DNA of 52,511 nucleotides from an uncultured virus (IMG/VR IMGVR_UViG_2061766007_000712) (lineage: Duplodnaviria; Heunggongvirae; Uroviricota; Caudoviricetes): IMG/VR virus record IMGVR_UViG_2061766007_000712; one strand, given 5' to 3'. Shown here piece by piece: positions 28,675 through 36,691 of the stretch; the first letter of the stretch is position 1, and each line of letters starts with the position of its first letter. The notes under the pieces were generated by a model. The model worked only from the letters and a program-made list of their open reading frames with translations, had not been told where the DNA came from and searched no databases. A program made the position numbers and the translations under genes.

Positions 28675-29020
28675 CGTCCTTTGGAAGTGAATTAACTATT
28701 GTTACTTTGCCTTGCGTAGTATTTTCAGCTTCAATTTTATCTTTATAACCACATTTATTTTTCATATAAAATATAACTCTAGCATCATTTAAAGTATGAT
28801 TATTAATAGCTTCATCTTCTAACATATCATTAACCTTTTTAAAAGTCTCGGAGTAATATTCTCTTTGAGCATAAAAAGTATCTTGATTAATATCAGCATA
28901 AACTGCGAATCCAGCAACATTTGGCATACGCTCATTAGCCCTACAATAATTAATATATTCTTTAAATTTATTTTCAAAATCATTTGCTGTTTTAAATGCA
29001 CGTTGACTAATAATAATCAC
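28652..29020 (-). CDS. terS: Terminase small subunit
   Basis: PNVAGFAVY...IFYMKNKCGYKDK; overlaps the terL start; promoter TAGACA-17 bp-TATAAT upstream. Confidence 0.8.
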   Translation of the reverse strand: MIIISQRAFKTANDFENKFKEYINYCRANERMPNVAGFAVYADINQDTFYAQREYYSETFKKVNDMLEDEAINNHTLNDARVIFYMKNKCGYKDKIEAENTTQGKVTIVNSLPKDDEDESNN

Positions 29021-29073
29021 CTACTTTTCTTCTAAATTTCAATATAAATTATAACACATAAGTTTAAAAGTGT

Positions 29074-29154
29074 CTAATCGTTCCAATGTTTAATGAAAAT
29101 GTAAAAACAATATAAAATATATAAGCACATAAAAACAATGATAAATTCAGTCAT
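29074..29154 (-). CDS. 26-aa hydrophobic peptide MTEFIIVFMCLYILYCFYIFIKHWND
   Basis: GAGGTG RBS; single TM helix. Confidence 0.5.
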   Translation of the reverse strand: MTEFIIVFMCLYILYCFYIFIKHWND

Positions 29155-29165
29155 AAAAACACCTC

Positions 29166-29411
29166 TTATAAGTATTTGTTAAGTTCTTCAAGTTCAATGT
29201 CGTTATTTAAGTATTCCCAAATTTTATTTGCTTGCCATTCTTGGATAGATAAAGAGTAAATAGAAGAATGGCAGTCTTTAGTAAATAACGCTTTTTCATG
29301 TAGTTTAAAATAAGAAAAAGACGATAATTTCCCTAGAAACTCGTCTTTTACAATTTGAATATTAGCGATTATTTGTTTGAACTTCCAATTTGGATCAATG
29401 TGCAAATTCAT
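29166..29411 (-). CDS. Hypothetical protein with its own promoter (moron-like)
   Basis: AGGGGT RBS; TTGATT-17 bp-TATACT promoter at 29437-29465. Confidence 0.65.
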   Translation of the reverse strand: MNLHIDPNWKFKQIIANIQIVKDEFLGKLSSFSYFKLHEKALFTKDCHSSIYSLSIQEWQANKIWEYLNNDIELEELNKYL

Positions 29412-29462
29412 AAGTACCCCTACTTTCTTTAATTAAAGTATAACATAAAAATGAAATAAAAT

Positions 29463-29551
29463 CAAGAAAAAAAGAACAAGGAGGTGTAAATGAAAAATGT
29501 CTTGTTCTTTTTTTAAAAATAAAAAGGGGTTTGTTGTGACTTATTAAAGTC
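29463..29551 (-). ncRNA. Putative ~90-nt small RNA carrying anti-Shine-Dalgarno sequences
   Basis: Promoter TTGTAT-16 bp-TATACT with TG (29558-29585); no ORF on this strand; ends in an AAAAAAAGAACAAG/CTTGTTCTTTTTTT hairpin. Confidence 0.5.
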
Positions 29552-29592
29552 AATATAAGTATAGCATAAAAAAGAAAAAATACAAATTGTTG

Positions 29593-29805
29593 TTATTTAC
29601 TTCTTTCTAATTCTAATATTTTTGATACTTTTTCAAATGTTTTATCAGTTTTTGATAATCTAAGAATTGCATTTCTTTTAGAATTATCAAATTTAGCATC
29701 ATAATTTAGAAATGCTAATAAAAACGCTATAAACCAAGTGAATGCTTTCATACCTAAACACATTCCAATTATTATTAAAAGAATTAACAATAATTCACCT
29801 GTCAT
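29593..29805 (-). CDS. Membrane hypothetical protein
   Basis: Hydrophobic N-terminus. Confidence 0.65.
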   Translation of the reverse strand: MTGELLLILLIIIGMCLGMKAFTWFIAFLLAFLNYDAKFDNSKRNAILRLSKTDKTFEKVSKILELERSK

Positions 29806-29806
29806 C

Positions 29807-30067
29807 TTATTTACCCTCTTTCAATTCTTTTAATTTATCTACCAAATCATTATAGTCATAGTTTTGATACCAATTTTCTTCTTCAAAAATAGTATTTATA
29901 ATTTTATTTGCCTTATCTCTGATATTATTTAATCTATCTATTTCTTTATCTTTATTTTCTATGTAATCTAATAATATTTTACTTTCTTCTATTGTTATAC
30001 ATTTAATTCTTCTTGTATTTTCTTTCTTTTTTAAATAATCTATTATTTCTTTTATTTCATCTTCCAT
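29807..30067 (-). CDS. Hypothetical protein
   Basis: Coupled ORF in a small-gene array. Confidence 0.65.
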   Translation of the reverse strand: MEDEIKEIIDYLKKKENTRRIKCITIEESKILLDYIENKDKEIDRLNNIRDKANKIINTIFEEENWYQNYDYNDLVDKLKELKEGK

Positions 30068-30311
30068 TCCAACCTAACTCCTCTATTTGTTTATTTATTG
30101 CTTGTAGTTCTAAAATATCAATAAAAACAGGCAAGTTTCCACTTATTTTTCCTTTAAAACCAAACTCAATTGTTTTATTTGGTAAGTCAAAACTCAATAA
30201 TATTCTACCTTTCTCACGCCATTGCCTGTCTTGTTTTATACAGATAATTTCTTCGCTATCGTATTGGTGGTACTCGTATCCTAACTTTTCAAACATTTCT
30301 TTTGCTGTCAT
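30057..30311 (-). CDS. Hypothetical protein
   Basis: MTAKEMFEKLGY...ELQAINKQIEELGW; AGGAGG RBS. Confidence 0.75.
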   Translation of the reverse strand: MTAKEMFEKLGYEYHQYDSEEIICIKQDRQWREKGRILLSFDLPNKTIEFGFKGKISGNLPVFIDILELQAINKQIEELGWNGR

Positions 30312-30312
30312 T

Positions 30313-30810
30313 TTATCCTCCTAATCTTGGGTCATAAACTTCCCAAGCATAATTTTCTTTATATTCAGTTGTTCTATTTAAAATTAATTCACCTTTAACA
30401 ACTTCTATTTCTTGGGTGAAGCAACAACCGTTTTCAAATACCATTAACTTAAAATCTATATTATAAGTTTTCGAAGTATCAACAAAGTATTCTTCATCAA
30501 TTCTCCAAGCCTGTTTTATATCAAGAGCCACTACTTCTTCTATATTTTCATCATCGTTAAAATACCACTCAATATTTCCATTCACAAATAATCTTCTTGA
30601 ATTTTTAAAATGTAACCAACTATGATGTTCTTCATCAGTTTCTTCACAAAAAATATCTCCAAACTCATCACATTGAATATTTAATGGTAATTCGGTATAA
30701 TCTTCACCATTTCTTGGATAACCATATCTTTCTATCCCACTATTTAAAAAGTTGATAATATCTTTTTTCTTTCCCCTAATTTTTAATACACCTTTACTCC
30801 AATTTGGCAT
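30313..30810 (-). CDS. YubB/DUF1281-like ferredoxin-fold protein
   Basis: MPNWSKGVLKIRG N-terminus; QAW and FE.G motifs. Confidence 0.6.
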   Translation of the reverse strand: MPNWSKGVLKIRGKKKDIINFLNSGIERYGYPRNGEDYTELPLNIQCDEFGDIFCEETDEEHHSWLHFKNSRRLFVNGNIEWYFNDDENIEEVVALDIKQAWRIDEEYFVDTSKTYNIDFKLMVFENGCCFTQEIEVVKGELILNRTTEYKENYAWEVYDPRLGG

Positions 30811-30811
30811 T

Positions 30812-31096
30812 TTATTTCACTTCCTCCACACTTAATATTTTTAATACATAATATATTTTATTTAGTTCTGAACCCCACATTGTATGTCCAAAATTTTTTT
30901 GAAACTCTACTAAACATTTAATACTTGGGCTGCTTTTTGAATAACCATTTCTAAAAATAACTTCAAATGTATCCCCATATACATATTTATTATCTAATCT
31001 TGCAGTATAATATGGTTTTATTTCCCTATATTCTTCTTTCTTTTCTCCTGATTTAATCATATCAAACCATTTCTTTTTTATTGGTAATGTTAACAT
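30812..31096 (-). CDS. ASCH-domain protein
   Basis: LPIKKKWFDMIKSGEKKEEYREIKPYY...FRNGY. Confidence 0.85.
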   Translation of the reverse strand: MLTLPIKKKWFDMIKSGEKKEEYREIKPYYTARLDNKYVYGDTFEVIFRNGYSKSSPSIKCLVEFQKNFGHTMWGSELNKIYYVLKILSVEEVK

Positions 31097-31098
31097 TA

Positions 31099-31254
31099 TT
31101 ATTCACCTCTTACATAAACATAAGTGCTTATTAATTCAATACTTTTAATATCACCATTATTATAAGCATTAAATCTTTCTCTATATATTCTTTCTGCTTC
31201 ACAATAATCATCACATACAATATAATATGATCTATTAACTAAATATAACTTCAT
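31099..31254 (-). CDS. 51-aa hypothetical protein
   Basis: GGTGA RBS; fills the space between coupled genes. Confidence 0.5.
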   Translation of the reverse strand: MKLYLVNRSYYIVCDDYCEAERIYRERFNAYNNGDIKSIELISTYVYVRGE

Positions 31255-31256
31255 TA

Positions 31257-31511
31257 TTACTCACCACCAAACATTTTAAAAAAATCATTAATTGCTTTTA
31301 CATTTTCTAAATCTTTAGGATTTTCTCTTGCATAACTATCATCTAACATTTGTTTTTTATATTTTTGTTTTATTTCTTTAAACTCTTCTTTTTTGAAAAT
31401 ATTTTTATTAATCAATATTTCAATTACTGCATTTAATGATGAATTTATTTCTAATATTCTTGATAAATCTTCATTATTTTCTATATATTTTATATATTCT
31501 TCTTTATTCAT
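31257..31511 (-). CDS. Hypothetical protein
   Basis: AAGGTGA RBS. Confidence 0.65.
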   Translation of the reverse strand: MNKEEYIKYIENNEDLSRILEINSSLNAVIEILINKNIFKKEEFKEIKQKYKKQMLDDSYARENPKDLENVKAINDFFKMFGGE

Positions 31512-31676
31512 TATTACTCACCTTTGCTTTCTAAATACTTATATCACTTCTAACCGAATAATATGGATATATACAACCATTTTGTATAATAGACCACACT
31601 TCCCACTTAATACCATTTATCGTTTGATAATACATAATTATATTACTTGTTGCACTTGTAGATGTTCTATTCATAC

Positions 31677-32024
31677 TTATTCTCCTTTGTTTTTAAGATA
31701 ATCTATTAAACTATCTATTGTTTTTCCTAAATGTGATATACAAGTCATCATAAATGCTTCATTTTCGCTACAACCACTGACAGGTAATTTTGTATTAAAA
31801 TCTATGTTAGATTTTTCAGGTATTTTCTTTTCTTCTTCTAGGATTTCTATTTCATCATTTAATATAATTCCTTTATAATGTCCTAAAACATTAAATAATA
31901 AGTTTTCACCGTCGCAGTATCTTTTATTATAAATATCATAATCCCATATAAAACCGTTAAATTTTATTTTCTTTGGCACTTCTTCACCATTTGCTATTTT
32001 ATTTAATAAATTTATTATTTTCAT
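31677..32024 (-). CDS. Hypothetical phage protein
   Basis: GAAGGAG RBS. Confidence 0.7.
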   Translation of the reverse strand: MKIINLLNKIANGEEVPKKIKFNGFIWDYDIYNKRYCDGENLLFNVLGHYKGIILNDEIEILEEEKKIPEKSNIDFNTKLPVSGCSENEAFMMTCISHLGKTIDSLIDYLKNKGE

Positions 32025-32027
32025 ATT

Positions 32028-32492
32028 CTATTCTCCTTCCTTTTTTAAGAGTTCAATAATTTTCTTTCCCATATCTTTTCTAGGGCATATTATAAACCTA
32101 ACACCATATCGTTGTTTCATAGTCCCCATTATTTTTAATAAAGTTTCACCTTTTACTTTCGTATGTGGCGAACTCCAGTTTTTAATATCTTCAACTGACT
32201 TAATTTTACTATCTTGAATAAGAAATATAAAATTTTCACAACCAAGTTCTTTTGCTCTAGCTATTTCTCTTTTTATTCTTTCGTGTTCTGGTGTATTACA
32301 CAAATTACCAGCTAATTCAAGTAATCCATCTTTCTTGTCAATGATAGTTGAATAATCTTTGTAAATCATATAATCTCCTGCATCTAGTTTGCTTATTACA
32401 TAATCTTGATTTATTTTTGTAAAGTATTCTAATATTTTTTTATTTCCTTTTTCACGAGTATCACACACTATCAAATTATTCATTTTACTCAC
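32028..32492 (-). CDS. ERCC4-domain nuclease (probable resolvase)
   Basis: DTRE...LDAGDY...IDKK...EL...RE..RA. Confidence 0.8.
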   Translation of the reverse strand: MSKMNNLIVCDTREKGNKKILEYFTKINQDYVISKLDAGDYMIYKDYSTIIDKKDGLLELAGNLCNTPEHERIKREIARAKELGCENFIFLIQDSKIKSVEDIKNWSSPHTKVKGETLLKIMGTMKQRYGVRFIICPRKDMGKKIIELLKKEGE

Positions 32493-32566
32493 CTTTATTA
32501 ATACTCACAATTGCAAACAATACAAAACCAATAAACGTTCCAGTAACTAGCCCTAATAGAAACATA

Positions 32567-33001
32567 TTAATCAACCTCCTTAAATATTTCATCAGCATTT
32601 TTATAAATATCATCTAATTTAATTTTAAATTCATTAGAAGTTATACTTCTAACATACAAATCATTAGCTAATGAATATATTTTTTCTATTATCCATTTTT
32701 CTTTTTTATTTTCTTCATATAAATCAATTAATTGTTTTTGATACTCATTAAATCTACTTGGTGTTGGTTCTTTATCTAATAAATAACCAATGTATTCGAC
32801 AATTGTATATTTTTCTTTACAAATTGTTGCCATTAGGACTAAATCAAAATTATGAAACTTATTATAAAATGCTTTCATAAATAACCATATTTTTTTATGT
32901 TTAATAAAATACTTATCATCCAATATAACTTTATCCATAAGTTCAGGTTTTTGTAATAAACAAGACAATATACATGATTCTAAATCTGTGTATTCATTCA
33001 T
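32567..33001 (-). CDS. DnaB-helicase N-terminal-like domain protein
   Basis: LESCILSCLL..PE.......L...YF...H..I pattern. Confidence 0.65.
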   Translation of the reverse strand: MNEYTDLESCILSCLLQKPELMDKVILDDKYFIKHKKIWLFMKAFYNKFHNFDLVLMATICKEKYTIVEYIGYLLDKEPTPSRFNEYQKQLIDLYEENKKEKWIIEKIYSLANDLYVRSITSNEFKIKLDDIYKNADEIFKEVD

Positions 33002-33020
33002 ATTAACCTCCTAATTATTA

Positions 33021-33290
33021 AAAACTTACAATAATAATTTACTTTAACTTACATTTTTATATATATTTCTTACATAAAAACTTACTATAAAACCTTTAAA
33101 AAATATAGTAAACTTACGATTCTTACGTTTTTTTCTATATACACTTCATATAGAAACTTTATATTTTTTTATTTTTTTCTATATATATGTGTATACCCCA
33201 TTTTTGTGTAAGTTTGTAAGTTTTCTTTGTTTTATAAGGCTAAAGTGTCATTTTTTGTGTAAGAAAAAGTGAAAGAATTACGTAAGTTAG
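33021..33290. repeat. Probable replication origin: iteron array
   Basis: Non-coding AT-rich gap with six CTTAC followed by four inverted GTAAG, next to the helicase gene. Confidence 0.7.
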
Positions 33291-33299
33291 ATATTTTTA

Positions 33300-35039
33300 T
33301 TATGTTAGATTAAGTCTGATATAATTACCTTTTTCTTTTCTAACTGTCGTTTGATGAATATATCTACCCTGTGAATTTAAACCTAAAAAGTTCATATCAA
33401 CCCAGTCTTTTTTTATTGTATTAAATTCAAATCCACCTTTTTCAAGTTCTCTATAAAGTATTTGAGCATTGATAGTACAAGTATATTCATCTTTAATGCC
33501 CCAACATTCACTATAATTGGTTTCTTCAAATTTTTTATAATTAGCATTTATTATTCCAATAATATATTCTTTAGCTTTCATTGCTGTTCTTATTTCATCT
33601 TTATCATTTACATATTCAATAATATCTTCAACTTGTAAAATATAATCATCTTTAAATATACATTCATTTGCCAATTGATTCGCCAATAATATACTTGCCA
33701 ATGAACTTGCTTGTTTGTCGGTTGCATTAGTTTTTTCTAAAATTTCATTTAAAATGCCTTTAAATCTTTCAAAAATAACATCAAAACCTACATTTTGAAT
33801 ATATTTAATGTATTCTTTGCCCGCAAAACCATAGTTTTCTTTAATAATTCTCGCTATATCTTGTCCATTTTCTATTATTTTTTCGCCTATTTCTAGATCA
33901 ATAACTCTATTATATACTTGCTCCCCAGCATTTTCTTTTACAAGTCTATCATTACTTGTAAATAAGAAATTATTAAACCAAACTTTAATTTCCTTTGCTT
34001 GACTATTTTTATTTAATCGACCTTTTTCAGTTCCATTGCATAAATCCATAACTAAACTTTCTAAATCAAGATATTTACTTCTTTTAACAATTTGTAATTC
34101 GTCAAAATAACACGTAAAGTTTCTCATAAAACTTGCAACTACTGAATAATAGTTTTGTGTATTATTACTTGATAGCCTTAACGCCCCAATATCAGGGTTT
34201 CCCCAAATACTCATTGCAACCATACAACTTAAAGTCTTACCATTTCCAGATAAAGAACTCCATAAATTAACCATATATGGTTGTAAATTTAATTTTTCTA
34301 ATAATGGACTAGCTAACGTAGTTGCCATTAACAATTTAATAACTTTGTGTTTTCTTAATTCAAACACACAATTTTTCCATTTTTCATAATTTCCTTTTGT
34401 TCCTATTGACTTGTAAATGTTTCTAAACTCATCAGCACCATCAAATATTCCATGTGTATCATAAGGAACAAAATCATTATCTTTCCAACCAATATGTGAA
34501 ATACTATCGAGTTTTTTTATGTTATTTATATTCATTATCTCGTTAAAGTAATTTATATAATATTTAACATTTTCACTTGTAACATCTAATCCATCATCGC
34601 TTAATAGCAATAATTTGTTATTAATTGATAATTGACTTTTATCTACAATTAATTCCTTCCATTGACCTTCTTTATAAAAAATGATTTTAACTTTTTCTTT
34701 ACCTGTGTCTTCATTTATATATCTTTCAACTGGTATAACAGGAATATAACTAAACTTCATATTATATTTATCAGTTATTCCATCAATAGTACAAGTGTAG
34801 TTACCCCAAGTATAATTATTAATTTCATATTTACATTGGGGGAGTTTTTTATTTTCATCAATTGATATCTTTTGTTTTAATAATGATTCATATTTCTTTA
34901 AACTTTCTTTAAATCTCTTTTCAACACCAAGTTTTCTTGCTTCCATAAAAAGTTTATCTTCTTGTTCAATTTTTTCAAACTCATTCATGTTTAAAAGATT
35001 GATGAAAGTTTCTTTTGAAAATAATTCCTGTTCTGTCAT
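33300..35039 (-). CDS. DUF927-domain replication helicase/ATPase
   Basis: SHIGW; SLSGNGKT Walker A; YFDELQ Walker B; KGRLNK; NRVID; ENYGFAG. Confidence 0.85.
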   Translation of the reverse strand: MTEQELFSKETFINLLNMNEFEKIEQEDKLFMEARKLGVEKRFKESLKKYESLLKQKISIDENKKLPQCKYEINNYTWGNYTCTIDGITDKYNMKFSYIPVIPVERYINEDTGKEKVKIIFYKEGQWKELIVDKSQLSINNKLLLLSDDGLDVTSENVKYYINYFNEIMNINNIKKLDSISHIGWKDNDFVPYDTHGIFDGADEFRNIYKSIGTKGNYEKWKNCVFELRKHKVIKLLMATTLASPLLEKLNLQPYMVNLWSSLSGNGKTLSCMVAMSIWGNPDIGALRLSSNNTQNYYSVVASFMRNFTCYFDELQIVKRSKYLDLESLVMDLCNGTEKGRLNKNSQAKEIKVWFNNFLFTSNDRLVKENAGEQVYNRVIDLEIGEKIIENGQDIARIIKENYGFAGKEYIKYIQNVGFDVIFERFKGILNEILEKTNATDKQASSLASILLANQLANECIFKDDYILQVEDIIEYVNDKDEIRTAMKAKEYIIGIINANYKKFEETNYSECWGIKDEYTCTINAQILYRELEKGGFEFNTIKKDWVDMNFLGLNSQGRYIHQTTVRKEKGNYIRLNLT

Positions 35040-35041
35040 AC

Positions 35042-35206
35042 TTATTTCCCTTTCTTTTCAATTTTAATTGGTTTTAATTTAATAGAATCGTCTTTAGGAT
35101 CATATTCTAAATAAAAATCTCTACCAACTTTGTCAATGATAAATTTAGGAATTATAATACGATTTCTTAATTTATCAGCACGTTTCATAAATCTTAGTAT
35201 ATCCAT
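35042..35206 (-). CDS. 54-aa AbrB/SpoVT-like DNA-binding protein (not in the ORF track)
   Basis: AAGGAGG RBS; MDILRFMKRADKLRNRIIIPKFIIDKVGRDFYLEYDPKDDSIKLKPIK... Confidence 0.7.
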   Translation of the reverse strand: MDILRFMKRADKLRNRIIIPKFIIDKVGRDFYLEYDPKDDSIKLKPIKIEKKGK

Positions 35207-35233
35207 ACTTTACCTCCTTTACCTTACATATTA

Positions 35234-35262
35234 AGTGTACCACACTCGTACCACTTTTGCAA
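35234..35262 (-). promoter_or_regulatory. sigmaA promoter of the replication operon with a GTGGTAC direct repeat
   Basis: TTGCAA-17 bp-TACACT with TG extension. Confidence 0.65.
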
Positions 35263-35304
35263 TACTTTTTTGCAAAAAAACGACTTTTTCAAGTCGCTTT
35301 ACAA

Positions 35305-35320
35305 TGTTTCACGTGAAACT
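35305..35320. promoter_or_regulatory. parS (ParB/Spo0J-binding) site
   Basis: TGTTTCACGTGAAACT matches 15 of 16 positions of TGTTTCACGTGAAACA; intergenic. Confidence 0.8.
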
Positions 35321-35946
35321 TAATCTAACATATTATCAGTTATTTCTACAACATCATCTAATCCAGCAAATGGATCAGTTGAATTTGTGTTTTGTTCTTG
35401 TGATTTTTCATTATAATCATCATAAGTCATATAAGTTCCATCTAATAATTTAACTTTTGGTATTTTAATAGCATCAATTTTATCTAAACTTCTAAATTGA
35501 TTTAATTTAGTTGTTGTTTTTACTTTTCCTTCTTGGTCTTCATATTCTTCTAATCCAAACACTAATCCAACCTTTTTTCCTTTTAATTGGTCAACATCTT
35601 TGTTCCAATCATAAGTAAAGTTTTTGTTTGAATTTTCAACGGCAGTAATAAAGCCCTTCAACATTTTAACACAATTTTCATCTTGTTTTAATGAAACATA
35701 TTTAGTTCCTCCTGTTGACCATTTCTTATCAGCACTTGTATTTTCATCATATTGCTTTTGATAATAATTTGGTTGTTTGTCATCCTTGTCAGTGTCAACT
35801 TCTACTTTTAAAGAAGTGTTGCCACTTATTGTTGAAGTATATTCCTCAACATTTTTAATAATTCCTTTGTGTCCACCAAGCTCTAATTTTTCAAAATCTT
35901 GGTTAACTTGTACTTCCTCATATTTTTCTGGTTTATTTAATAACAT
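35320..35946 (-). CDS. DUF669-like ssDNA-binding protein
   Basis: Likely start MLLNKPEK at 35946; acidic C-terminal tail; follows the AAA recombinase. Confidence 0.65.
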   Translation of the reverse strand: MLLNKPEKYEEVQVNQDFEKLELGGHKGIIKNVEEYTSTISGNTSLKVEVDTDKDDKQPNYYQKQYDENTSADKKWSTGGTKYVSLKQDENCVKMLKGFITAVENSNKNFTYDWNKDVDQLKGKKVGLVFGLEEYEDQEGKVKTTTKLNQFRSLDKIDAIKIPKVKLLDGTYMTYDDYNEKSQEQNTNSTDPFAGLDDVVEITDNMLD

Positions 35947-35947
35947 A

Positions 35948-36568
35948 TTATTCTTCTCCTTCTTTCTTATCTTCAACTTTATCTAATTCATAATATTGCC
36001 AATGATAGCCACCAGCTGTTTTTCTTCCATATTCACCTTTACAAACTTTTGAAATATTTTTGTATTTTGCTCCAGTTTCTTTTTCAGCAATGTGCATACT
36101 ATCATATATTATTCCAGTTTCTATACATAAAACTTTTTTACAATTATATGGAATATTACCTTTTAATGATTCACTAATTCTTCTTTTTGCTTCTTCGGTA
36201 AATTTATGTCCTTTGTTTGCTTTACTTATTTTATTTTTAGTTTCTTCGCTGCATGGAACCCCTTTTGTTCCTTCGCCACCTTTGGTTGCGTTATAACCAT
36301 ATTTTTTAGTAAAAGCATTATATTTATCTATCATTTCTATTTCTTTTTGTTTAGCTTCTTCAAAGTTTAAATTATTAAACAATATAATATGTTCAAAATT
36401 ATCCCAACCATATTTAGAAATAGCATTATAGAATTTTGGTTGCTTTTTATAACCACTTCCAGCACCCCATCTATATTTTGTTTTTTGACAAGTAATTCCT
36501 ATATAAACTTTATTATTTATTTTGTTTTTGTGCATATAAACTATATATTTTTTATCCAATACTTGCAC
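35948..36568 (-). CDS. GIY-YIG homing endonuclease with NUMOD3/NUMOD1-like DNA-binding domains
   Basis: YIVYMHKNKINNKVYIGIT...GYNATKGG; SEETKNKISKANKG repeats; KTAGGYHWQY. Confidence 0.9.
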   Translation of the reverse strand: MQVLDKKYIVYMHKNKINNKVYIGITCQKTKYRWGAGSGYKKQPKFYNAISKYGWDNFEHIILFNNLNFEEAKQKEIEMIDKYNAFTKKYGYNATKGGEGTKGVPCSEETKNKISKANKGHKFTEEAKRRISESLKGNIPYNCKKVLCIETGIIYDSMHIAEKETGAKYKNISKVCKGEYGRKTAGGYHWQYYELDKVEDKKEGEE

Positions 36569-36691
36569 CTCCTTTTTGCCATTTATTTAAGCAAAAAGGA
36601 CTTATACAAGCATTGGTATTTATGTCGAGTAAGCACCAATGCTTATATAAATCCTCTTTACTTACTCGACAATTATATTATATCATATTTT

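Noticed and set aside
33021..33290. CRISPR array
   Set aside because: The repeats are 5-9 bp, irregularly spaced and inverted; no cas genes are present.
35948..36691. Group I intron around the GIY-YIG gene
   Set aside because: The flanking non-coding DNA is only ~120 nt with no intron core, and the flanking genes are intact.
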